Below, one piece after another: positions 36,805-43,812 of a stretch of DNA of 64,000 bases (positions within the stretch are counted from its first letter, which is position 1; every line of letters begins with the position of its first letter). A program made the position numbers and the translations under genes. Where the stretch lies: contig CAVSVU010000022.1 of NCBI GenBank assembly GCA_963731515.1, forward strand, positions 979-64,978. Reading direction: 5' to 3'. Origin of the DNA: an uncultured Actinomycetes bacterium. GTDB lineage: Bacteria; Actinomycetota; Thermoleophilia; Gaiellales; JAICJC01. The notes beneath the pieces were generated by a model, which saw only the letters and a program-made list of their open reading frames with translations, had not been told where the DNA came from and did not search any database.

Positions 36805-37428
36805 CTAGGCGATGTGTGCGACGACGTTGGCGGTGCCCAGCGTGATGCCCGCGCTGAACAGGTTCACGCCCAGGGTGCTGTTGAGCGCGCCTGCCGCGGT
36901 GGTGGTGAGTGTGGCCTTGACGTCGTCGACCTTCACCGTTGGGGGGTGTTTGACGATTGTCGCGTTGCTGAGATCGAGGTTGAGGATCCGCACGCGCGAC
37001 TTCGGGTCGCCGTTGACGGCGGCGGTTAGGCCGGGGTGTGCGCTGATCTGGATCCGGAAGTTGGTCAGCGTCAGTGTGTGGCCGTTGGCGACGTTTACGA
37101 ACTCAAGTCCGCCCGAGTGGTTGATGTGCCCGACGAGGCTGGTCGCGTCGACGCGACCTCTGGTGATCGGGAACGAGTAGCGCAGCGAGAGCCCGCGATG
37201 CCACGACGCCACCCGGACGCTGGCAGGGTTGACGGGCAGCGGCAGGATGCCGTTCGAGATCAACGCCTTGGTGGTGGCGGGGTCGGTCTGGAGGGTGGTC
37301 GCTTCGCCCTTCAGCTTGACGGTGCTCGCGCTGCTGGCGCCCGCCGTGGTGGGGGCGAACACCGCGACGACCGCGACCAGGGCTGCAGCCGAGGCGATCA
37401 GCCTTCTCGCGTGTGTGGTCATGAACAT
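36805..37428 (-). CDS. Secreted HtaA-like beta-rich protein
   Basis: Signal peptide; FPITRG...GHINHSGGLEF, LTLTNFRI, LTTTAAGALN; GAGGAG RBS. Confidence 0.75.
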   Translation of the reverse strand: MFMTTHARRLIASAAALVAVVAVFAPTTAGASSASTVKLKGEATTLQTDPATTKALISNGILPLPVNPASVRVASWHRGLSLRYSFPITRGRVDATSLVGHINHSGGLEFVNVANGHTLTLTNFRIQISAHPGLTAAVNGDPKSRVRILNLDLSNATIVKHPPTVKVDDVKATLTTTAAGALNSTLGVNLFSAGITLGTANVVAHIA

Positions 37429-37494
37429 GAACATCTCCTCTTCTGGATGGCCCCGACACCACGTGTCGCATGTTTGTCGAGGGTTTGTAGCGGC

Positions 37495-37549
37495 AGGGTA
37501 GCCACAAACGGCGGCCCTGTCAAATGTCTGTCCACTGTATGTGTATACT
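37495..37549. promoter_or_regulatory. Divergent promoters with CarH-type operator (three 11-bp-phased TnnACA repeats)
   Basis: Plus-strand TGTCAA 37518, TGTCCA 37529, TGTGTA 37540; minus-strand TTGACA-N17-TACCCT; plus-strand TATACT-N6-ATG. Confidence 0.8.
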
Positions 37550-37555
37550 GGCGGC

Positions 37556-38449
37556 ATGAGCGCAGCAGACCCGCCCGCGCCGCGTCTGCGCATCGGCCAG
37601 CTCGCGAGTCGGGTTGGCGTCTCGGCGACGTTGTTACGCGCGTGGGAGCGTCGCTACGGTCTGCTCGAGCCGGTGAGAACCGACCATGGATACCGGCTCT
37701 ACAGCGACGAGGACGAGGCTCGAGTCCGTTCGATGCTTGCCCTGATCACCGGCGGTGTCGCCCCACAGCAGGCGGCGCGCATGGTCGTCTCCGGCGCCGC
37801 ACCTCCGGCCGTCTCGCGTGGCGACGACACGTCTCCCGACGACGACCGCGCGCTCCTCGGCGCGGCCCTTGAGCAGTTTGACGATGTCGCGGCCAACGCC
37901 GTCTTCGACGCGTTGCTCGCGCGATACACGGTCAGGACGGTGCTCCTTTCCGTCGTCGTCCCCTACCTTGCCGACCTCGGCGACCGGTGGGCACGCGGTG
38001 AGGCCACGACCGCGCAGGAGCACTTCGCAAGCAACATGCTTCGTGGTCGCCTGCTCGGCCTAGCGCGGGGGTGGGACGCGGGCGTCGGGCCGCGCGCCCT
38101 TCTCGCGTGTCCGAGCGGCGAGCGTCACGACCTCGGCTTGCTCGCCTTCGGTATCGCCCTGCGCGGCCACGGATGGCGGATCACCTATCTCGGCGCCGAC
38201 ACCCCACCCGAGAGTCTGCAAGAGTCCATCGCCGCGCTCGCGCCGAGCGCGATCATTCTCGCCGTGACTATCACCGCGGACACGCAGGCGGTGGGCGACG
38301 GCCTCGCCCAAGAAGGGCGACTGGTCGCGATCGGCGGGCGCGGGGCGACACCCGAACTCGCGGCGAAACTGGGAGCGGAGGTGCTGGACTGTGATCCGGT
38401 CACCGCCGCCGACCGGATCGCTGCCGCCGGCGCGAGTTACCGACCGTGA
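37556..38449 (+). CDS. carH: MerR-family B12-binding photoreceptor/repressor (CarH/LitR-like)
   Basis: LRAWERRYG..RTDHGYRLYS HTH; W-x9-EH (WARGEATTAQEH); ExHxxG (GERHDLG); YLGADTP. Confidence 0.88.
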   Translation: MSAADPPAPRLRIGQLASRVGVSATLLRAWERRYGLLEPVRTDHGYRLYSDEDEARVRSMLALITGGVAPQQAARMVVSGAAPPAVSRGDDTSPDDDRALLGAALEQFDDVAANAVFDALLARYTVRTVLLSVVVPYLADLGDRWARGEATTAQEHFASNMLRGRLLGLARGWDAGVGPRALLACPSGERHDLGLLAFGIALRGHGWRITYLGADTPPESLQESIAALAPSAIILAVTITADTQAVGDGLAQEGRLVAIGGRGATPELAAKLGAEVLDCDPVTAADRIAAAGASYRP

Positions 38450-38497
38450 CCGACCTTTCGGGCGAGCGTGTCGTAGGGCGAACCGAGGAGTGTTCGT

Positions 38498-38971
38498 TCA
38501 GGCGAGCGCGCGTTTGGCAGCGGCGATTCGAAAGGGCTCGAGCCTGCTGCGCTGGTCTTCGGCGCGTCGGATCAGCGCGTCCAGGTCGACGCCGAGATCG
38601 CTGTGAGGGAGTTGCGCCAGGGCGCGCCAGCCAGCGAGCTTGCCTTCGATCCCGAGCGACAGAGCCTCCGTTTCCATCAGGCGGCTCAGGTCACCACTGC
38701 CGGTGATCCGCTCGTCGAACTTGACCCGGCTCACCGTCTCGAGCACGCGGCTACCCGCCTGCTTGATCGGGCTGGGCGTAACGTCCAGGGCTTGCATGAC
38801 CTGCTCGAGCGCTGCGCGATCCTCTTCGATGTCGGCCTGCAGGCGCTCGAGGAATGCGCCGAACTCGGTGCCCTCATTGTTGGGCCGCATCTTCTTCATC
38901 AGATCGATCGCAAACGCGGAGCCGGCCAAGTGATCGTTCAGGTATCTGCTCAGAGGCGTCGACTCGGACAC
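38498..38971 (-). CDS. Conserved hypothetical ferritin-like protein
   Basis: YLNDHLAGS, EEDRAAL, LSRLMETEALSLGIEGKLAGW. Confidence 0.8.
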   Translation of the reverse strand: MSESTPLSRYLNDHLAGSAFAIDLMKKMRPNNEGTEFGAFLERLQADIEEDRAALEQVMQALDVTPSPIKQAGSRVLETVSRVKFDERITGSGDLSRLMETEALSLGIEGKLAGWRALAQLPHSDLGVDLDALIRRAEDQRSRLEPFRIAAAKRALA

Positions 38972-38980
38972 GAGCGCCGC

Positions 38981-39066
38981 GTACCCTCGCTCGCGCCCCA
39001 CCAAACGCGGCAACCGAGGCGTCACCCCGCGCCCTCGGGAGGTTCGAGGCCTGTGCGTGTGGGTAT
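38981..39066. promoter_or_regulatory. Back-to-back SigB/SigF-type promoters
   Basis: Minus strand: GTTT-N16-GGGTAC-N9-GTG(38971); plus strand: GGTTC-N15-GGGTAT-N9-GTG(39076). Confidence 0.65.
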
Positions 39067-39075
39067 GTCGGCAGC

Positions 39076-39489
39076 GTGACCAAACTGCGGCCAGATGACG
39101 ATCGATCCCTTGGTGACCTGACGAAGCAGCTGTCGCGTGACGTGTCGCAGCTGGTGCGGAGCGAGGTGGCGCTTGCCAAGGCGGAGGTTTCGGAGCGCGC
39201 GGCGACGATGGCGCGCGGCGTGGCCATGCTCGCCGTCGGCGTGCTCCTTGCGGTGATCGTGCTCGCGTGCCTGGTTGCGGCTGCGATCGCCGCGCTTTCG
39301 CTGATCGTGGATGTCTGGCTCGCGGCGTTGATCGTGGCGGCCGTCGTGGCCGTGATAGGCGTGATCGTGGCGATGATCGGCGTGAAGGCGCTGCGCTCGG
39401 CGGGGCCGCCCTTGCCGCTGGATACCGTGGAGTCCGCAAAGGAGGATGTCGCATGGGTGAAGACACGCGCGAACTCCGGCGCGATGTAG
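39076..39489 (+). CDS. DUF1469/YqjE-like membrane protein (phage holin_3_6 family)
   Basis: RSLGDLTKQLSRDVSQLVRSEVALAKAE, two TM segments, P..TVESAKEDVAW. Confidence 0.88.
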   Translation: MTKLRPDDDRSLGDLTKQLSRDVSQLVRSEVALAKAEVSERAATMARGVAMLAVGVLLAVIVLACLVAAAIAALSLIVDVWLAALIVAAVVAVIGVIVAMIGVKALRSAGPPLPLDTVESAKEDVAWVKTRANSGAM

Positions 39490-39617
39490 ATGCGGCGCGG
39501 GATCAGCTCGGCGACACGGTTGAGGCGCTGGCCTATCGCGCGAACGCGCCCAAGCGGGCGAAGAATCGATTGACCGACTCGCTGGCGAGGTTGAAGCAGC
39601 GAGTGAGCCGCAAGTAG
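39453..39617 (+). CDS. DUF3618 domain protein
   Basis: AAGGAGG RBS; ELRRDVDAARDQLGDTVEALAYRAN. Confidence 0.85.
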   Translation: MGEDTRELRRDVDAARDQLGDTVEALAYRANAPKRAKNRLTDSLARLKQRVSRK

Positions 39618-39631
39618 TAGGAGGAGTTTCA

Positions 39632-39841
39632 ATGGGCGCAGCAGATTTCGCGACGGTTGTGGTGAAGCCGGCTTTGACCGGGACCATGAGGGCTCGCAAG
39701 ACGAAGGCACGGCAGAACAGCGTCGCCAAGAAGCAATGGATCGCCTATATCGGCGTGGCGATCCTGACCACCGTCCTGACCAAGACGCTGAATGAGTTCA
39801 TCGAACGCCGATTCGCGGCCGAAGACGCTGACGTCTCCTAG
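39632..39841 (+). CDS. Small membrane-anchored hypothetical protein
   Basis: AGGAGGAG RBS; lies within the operon; single hydrophobic segment. Confidence 0.55.
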   Translation: MGAADFATVVVKPALTGTMRARKTKARQNSVAKKQWIAYIGVAILTTVLTKTLNEFIERRFAAEDADVS

Positions 39842-39843
39842 CG

Positions 39844-40941
39844 ATGCCGACCGAGAGCGCCCGGGTTGCCGCGGAGACCGCGCGTGAGGCCGTCGCGTCG
39901 GACATTGCAAAGCTGAGCGAGCGGCTCAGTAACCCTGTGCCGCTGATCCGGCTGCCACGGCTGGCACGTCATCCGACGAGGCCACGGCCACGCGCCGACC
40001 CTGCGCCGAGCGCTCCGACCGAGCCCGATCGGACGCCGGCCGCCACCGGCCTCACCGATCTGCCCGCGAGTGACTACCGGAGCGTGGTCGCTCGGGCCGT
40101 CAAACGCACCCTGGCGGACAATATGACCAGTGTCGGCAAGGGTGTCGCATACGGTGCCTTCTTCGCAATCCCCTCGGCGATGATCGTGGCGCTCGGCGTG
40201 CTCAATCTGACCGCCGGCCCCGACAGTATCAACACGCTGGTGGACAGGCTCAACGGCGTCGTGCCCGCAAGTGCGCGAGAGCTGATACGCACCAACCTGC
40301 AGCAGGTATCGACCTCTCGCGGCGGCGGCGTGATGGTGATCGTCGGCCTGGTGCTGGCGGTATTTTCGCTGATGGGCGCGGTGCAGACCGTGATGTGGGG
40401 CCTCAACGTGGCGTATGAGCGTCGCGAGCAACGAAGCTTCATCCGCCAGCGCGTGTCCGCGTTCTTGATCACGATGATCATGACCGCGGCGCTGGTGCTG
40501 GTGTTTGCGGTGCTCGTGCTGGCGCCGTACATGACCGGGTGGGTCGGAACGGCCAGCGGCCACCCGACGGAAGTGTCGTGGCTGTGGTGGACGTTGCAGT
40601 GGCCGCTGCTGTTCGTGGCGCTTCTCGTGGCGTTCGCCGGCATCCTCTACCTCGGCCCCGACGTCGACCATCCCCGGTTTCGGTTCATCACGCCGGGAGC
40701 CGTCGCGGCCGCGGTGCTCTGGATCGTCGGATCAGCGCTCTTCGGCCTGTACGCCTCGGGACTCGCGTCCTACAACAAGGCGTGGGGGTCACTCGCCGCC
40801 GTGATCGTCACACTGACGTGGCTCTGGTTGTGCAGCGTCGCGGTCCTGTTCGCCGCGGAGCTGAACGCCGAGCTCGAGCGAACGCGGGAGATCCATGCCG
40901 GCGCGAACCCGGCCGACACACTCACCGCGCGACACAAATGA
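39844..40941 (+). CDS. YihY/virulence factor BrkB family protein
   Basis: VAYGAFFAIP, LNVAYERREQRSF, LYLGPD, ITPGA, YNKAWGSLAAVIVTLTWLW. Confidence 0.92.
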   Translation: MPTESARVAAETAREAVASDIAKLSERLSNPVPLIRLPRLARHPTRPRPRADPAPSAPTEPDRTPAATGLTDLPASDYRSVVARAVKRTLADNMTSVGKGVAYGAFFAIPSAMIVALGVLNLTAGPDSINTLVDRLNGVVPASARELIRTNLQQVSTSRGGGVMVIVGLVLAVFSLMGAVQTVMWGLNVAYERREQRSFIRQRVSAFLITMIMTAALVLVFAVLVLAPYMTGWVGTASGHPTEVSWLWWTLQWPLLFVALLVAFAGILYLGPDVDHPRFRFITPGAVAAAVLWIVGSALFGLYASGLASYNKAWGSLAAVIVTLTWLWLCSVAVLFAAELNAELERTREIHAGANPADTLTARHK

Positions 40942-41012
40942 GCGGCCAAGACTCCCGGGCTGGCCAGGTCAGGGCCGGCTCTACCAGACGGTCGGCGCCC
41001 GCCGGCGGAAGA

Positions 41013-41264
41013 TCACTCAGACAGTCGTTCGTGTACGACTCGGGCGAGGACATCCAGGCTCAGTCCTCTGCGCTCGAGGTCGTCCAACGCATCCCGTACG
41101 GGGGCCTCTTCGAGCTCGGTTGTGGTCGTGTCGACGAGATCGCGGAAGCGCTGCCACAACCGTTCCCGTTCATGGCTTGTGACCATCGCTTTGGCGAGCA
41201 GGCTCGCGGCCTGCTCGGCGAGCGGGTCGAGTGACTGCGGCTTGGTGGCCTGTTCTACGGGCAT
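41013..41264 (-). CDS. Hypothetical 83-aa helical protein
   Basis: GAGAGGA RBS before ATG 41264; protein-like composition. Confidence 0.6.
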   Translation of the reverse strand: MPVEQATKPQSLDPLAEQAASLLAKAMVTSHERERLWQRFRDLVDTTTTELEEAPVRDALDDLERRGLSLDVLARVVHERLSE

Positions 41265-41427
41265 AGGCGAATCCTCTCCGACGCGATAACGTGGAATGAT
41301 GATGATATTCCCTCCTCGCGCGAAAACCACCCGCGAGGCGTTGGCCGTCTGCGGCTGGTTGCCCCGGGACTAGGCCCAAGCCGGCGACCTGATCGTCGCA
41401 GAATGGCCGCGGCTGGAGCCGCCTGAA

Positions 41428-41470
41428 CCGACACGGCGGGCGTCTTCAAAGCCTGCGCCCGCCGTATCGG
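41428..41470 (-). terminator. Hairpin downstream of DUF892 copy 2
   Basis: CCGACACGGCGGGCG / CGCCCGCCGTATCGG. Confidence 0.6.
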
Positions 41471-41487
41471 CGATCAGCGGGGTTGGT

Positions 41488-41988
41488 CTACCGCGCGGCG
41501 AGCTGGGCGTCGGCGAGGGTGAGGTCGAGGACGTGATCCCAGCTTGCGGCGATCTTGTCGGCCATGGCCTGCTCGTCGGCGCGATTGTGGCGGGCGATCT
41601 CGGCGGTCTCGTGGTCGCCGGCGCGGATTGCCAGTCGCTCGAGCAGCTCGTATGCCGCGATCTCGATGTGCTCGGTGACGTAGCCGTCGCGGGCGTTCTT
41701 GGCGGGCTTGTCGCCGCGGACGCTGTCGATGACGGACTTGAGGGCGCCGCCGATCATCGTCTGGGCCTGCTTGCGGCCGGACGTGCCCTCACCGATCGCT
41801 TCCAGCCGGCGGGTGAGGCGGGCCTCGTGCTGCTCGGTCTCGGCGTGGTGGTGGCGAAGTAGCGCGAGTGTGGGCTCGTCGTCGGTGTTTTCGATCATCG
41901 AGTCGAGCATCTGCAGGACGTTCTGCTCCATGGCGTGGGTGTCCTGGATGTAGTCGACGAGCTTGTCGTGCAAGTGGGTATCGGTCAT
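41488..41988 (-). CDS. DUF892 (YciE/YciF) ferritin-like protein, copy 2
   Basis: Nearly identical to 35854-36354. Confidence 0.92.
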   Translation of the reverse strand: MTDTHLHDKLVDYIQDTHAMEQNVLQMLDSMIENTDDEPTLALLRHHHAETEQHEARLTRRLEAIGEGTSGRKQAQTMIGGALKSVIDSVRGDKPAKNARDGYVTEHIEIAAYELLERLAIRAGDHETAEIARHNRADEQAMADKIAASWDHVLDLTLADAQLAAR

Positions 41989-42042
41989 CGTGTTCCTCTC
42001 AACAGGGTTCGGTGCGGGCGATCGCGTGGGGCAGATGACCCG

Positions 42043-42540
42043 TCAGGCTGTTTCGTCCGGGAGTTCGGCGGCGGCCAGACTGACCGAGGCAGCCATCACC
42101 TCGGTGAGGTGGCGCTGCTGGATCGGGAGCGCCCAGCCGACGAGCTCTGCGACCTGGTCGTGAGCGTGGCCGCCGTTCATGGCCTTGAGCACTGACCAGT
42201 GGCCGACTTCGCCGGCCTCGGCCATCGTCAGGAACTCGAACCCGTCCAGCGAATCGGACTCGTCGTCGAGGTAGGTCTTCATCATCTCTGCGCCCTTGGC
42301 CTTGGTTGACCGAGCCTCTTCGAGGATCGCCGTTTTCTTCCCGTCGAACGACTCGGAGAGCTCCGTGCAGCGCTTCTCGGTCTCGGCCGCCTCGTCGTGC
42401 ATCCGGTGCAGCTTCGCTTCGAGCTCTGACTCGCCGTCCTGCCCAGCCAGCTTCAGCACCTTCGTGGTCGCCGCCTGGGCGGCCATCGCCAAACCGGTCA
42501 CCTCGCCGAGCTTGGTCTCGAGATTCGTGAGATCTGCCAT
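42043..42540 (-). CDS. Ferritin-like four-helix-bundle protein
   Basis: AAGGAG RBS; KLGEV..LA, HDEAAETE, FEFLTMAEAGEVGHW, IQQRH. Confidence 0.8.
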   Translation of the reverse strand: MADLTNLETKLGEVTGLAMAAQAATTKVLKLAGQDGESELEAKLHRMHDEAAETEKRCTELSESFDGKKTAILEEARSTKAKGAEMMKTYLDDESDSLDGFEFLTMAEAGEVGHWSVLKAMNGGHAHDQVAELVGWALPIQQRHLTEVMAASVSLAAAELPDETA

Positions 42541-42542
42541 GT

Positions 42543-43061
42543 CTACTCCTTCGTTGTTTGGACGGGCACGCCGTCTGGCGTCGCCCGGTACGACTCCCGC
42601 GGCCGCTCTGGGCGTCCGAGCCCGAGTGGTCGGGTCCGAGCGTCTCGTGGTTGGTGTGTGCGCCAGCCGTCTACGTGTCGGCGATCGGTGGCGGTGGCGT
42701 GTTCGGCGGCGTGGTCGACGTCTGGAAGGACGTCGAACAGGCGGTCGAGTCGCAGCAAGTCGAGAAGCCGTTTGACGACGCCGGTTGCACCGGCCAGGAC
42801 GACCGCCGCGTCGGGTTCGCGTCGCAGCGGCGCCACGGCCCGGAGCAGGGTCCCGACGCTGGCGCAGTCAAGGAACGTCGCAGCGCTGAGGTCGATGACG
42901 AGGTGGCGATGGCCGCAGGTGATCTCGCGTTCGATCGCCTCTCCCAGCGTCGCTGCGTAGGCCAGGTCGAGTTCGCCTGCTATGCGCACGTATGACCCTT
43001 GTGGGGCGAAGGTTTCGGTCGTCACCGAGGGCGGTTGGGGGCCATAGGACGTCGGGGGCAT
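42543..43061 (-). CDS. STAS-domain anti-sigma factor antagonist (RsbV/SpoIIAA-like)
   Basis: IAGELDLA, LVIDLSAATFLDCASVGTL, VKRLLDLLRLDRLF; start uncertain (43061 or 43079). Confidence 0.88.
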   Translation of the reverse strand: MPPTSYGPQPPSVTTETFAPQGSYVRIAGELDLAYAATLGEAIEREITCGHRHLVIDLSAATFLDCASVGTLLRAVAPLRREPDAAVVLAGATGVVKRLLDLLRLDRLFDVLPDVDHAAEHATATDRRHVDGWRTHQPRDARTRPLGLGRPERPRESYRATPDGVPVQTTKE

Positions 43062-43085
43062 GGTGGCCCACAGTAGCACAGATGC

Positions 43086-43140
43086 GTAGGTTTATAGGAG
43101 TAAATATGGAGATTTAATTCATATATTGCGGAGATATGAC
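43086..43140. promoter_or_regulatory. AT-rich divergent control region with 11-bp-phased GKAG repeats
   Basis: GTAG 43086, GGAG 43097, GGAG 43108, GGAG 43130. Confidence 0.55.
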
Positions 43141-43164
43141 CGCCCGCCTGGGTATACTTCTGAG

Positions 43165-43812
43165 ATGGCCGAGGTGGCGCTCTACAGCATTGGCGCGGTG
43201 GCGCGCATGACCGGGGTGGCGGTTGGGACGCTGCGTACCTGGGAGGAGCGGTATGGATTGGTGGTCGCGAGCCGCAGCGCCGGTGGTCAGCGGCGTTACA
43301 GCCGTGACCAGCTCGAGCAGTTGATGTTCGTCGCGCGCGAGGTGGGCACGGGCATGTCGCCGGGCGATGCGCACAGGCTGCTGGCGGATCGCGGCTCGAC
43401 GGCGACCGGGACTCCGGAGGGGACGACGGGCGGCGTGTTGATTCTGCTCGCCGAGCGCGACCCGTACGCGGCGAGCTATCTGGACTACTTCCTGCGCACG
43501 GAGGGCTATCGGGTCGAGCTGGCCGGGGATGCGGAGGAGGCGGAGCGGCGCTTCGCATCGCTTTCGCCGCAGGTGGTGATCGTGGAGCTGCTGCTCTCGG
43601 GCGGCCTGGGTGGCGCGCTGGTCCAGCAGCTCAAAGCATCGGGCGTCCTGGTCATCGCGATCTCTCCGCTGGCGGCCGCCGATATCTCCGCGGAGCTGGG
43701 CGCCGACGCGTTCCTGCAGAAGCCGATCGACCCGGTGGTGTTGCTCTCCACGGTGCGTGACCTGCTCGGAACCAGCGCGCTGACGGAAGCGCGGATGCGC
43801 TCCACCTCGTGA
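43165..43812 (+). CDS. MerR (CarH/MlrA-type) HTH fused to an atypical receiver domain
   Basis: YSIGAVA..TLRTWEERYG..RSAGGQRRYS; REC ILLAERD, VVIVELLL (Asp replaced by Glu), GADAFLQKP. Confidence 0.88.
   Translation: MAEVALYSIGAVARMTGVAVGTLRTWEERYGLVVASRSAGGQRRYSRDQLEQLMFVAREVGTGMSPGDAHRLLADRGSTATGTPEGTTGGVLILLAERDPYAASYLDYFLRTEGYRVELAGDAEEAERRFASLSPQVVIVELLLSGGLGGALVQQLKASGVLVIAISPLAAADISAELGADAFLQKPIDPVVLLSTVRDLLGTSALTEARMRSTS

Noticed and set aside
39076-39489. Phage holin family label as evidence of a prophage
   Set aside because: DUF1469-DUF3618-YihY is a common actinobacterial stress-type operon; no phage structural, lysin or integrase genes are nearby
41307-41328. SigB-like promoter GGTTT-N11-GGGAAT for the 83-aa gene
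   Set aside because: Spacer too short compared with the other island promoters (15-17 nt); left uncalled
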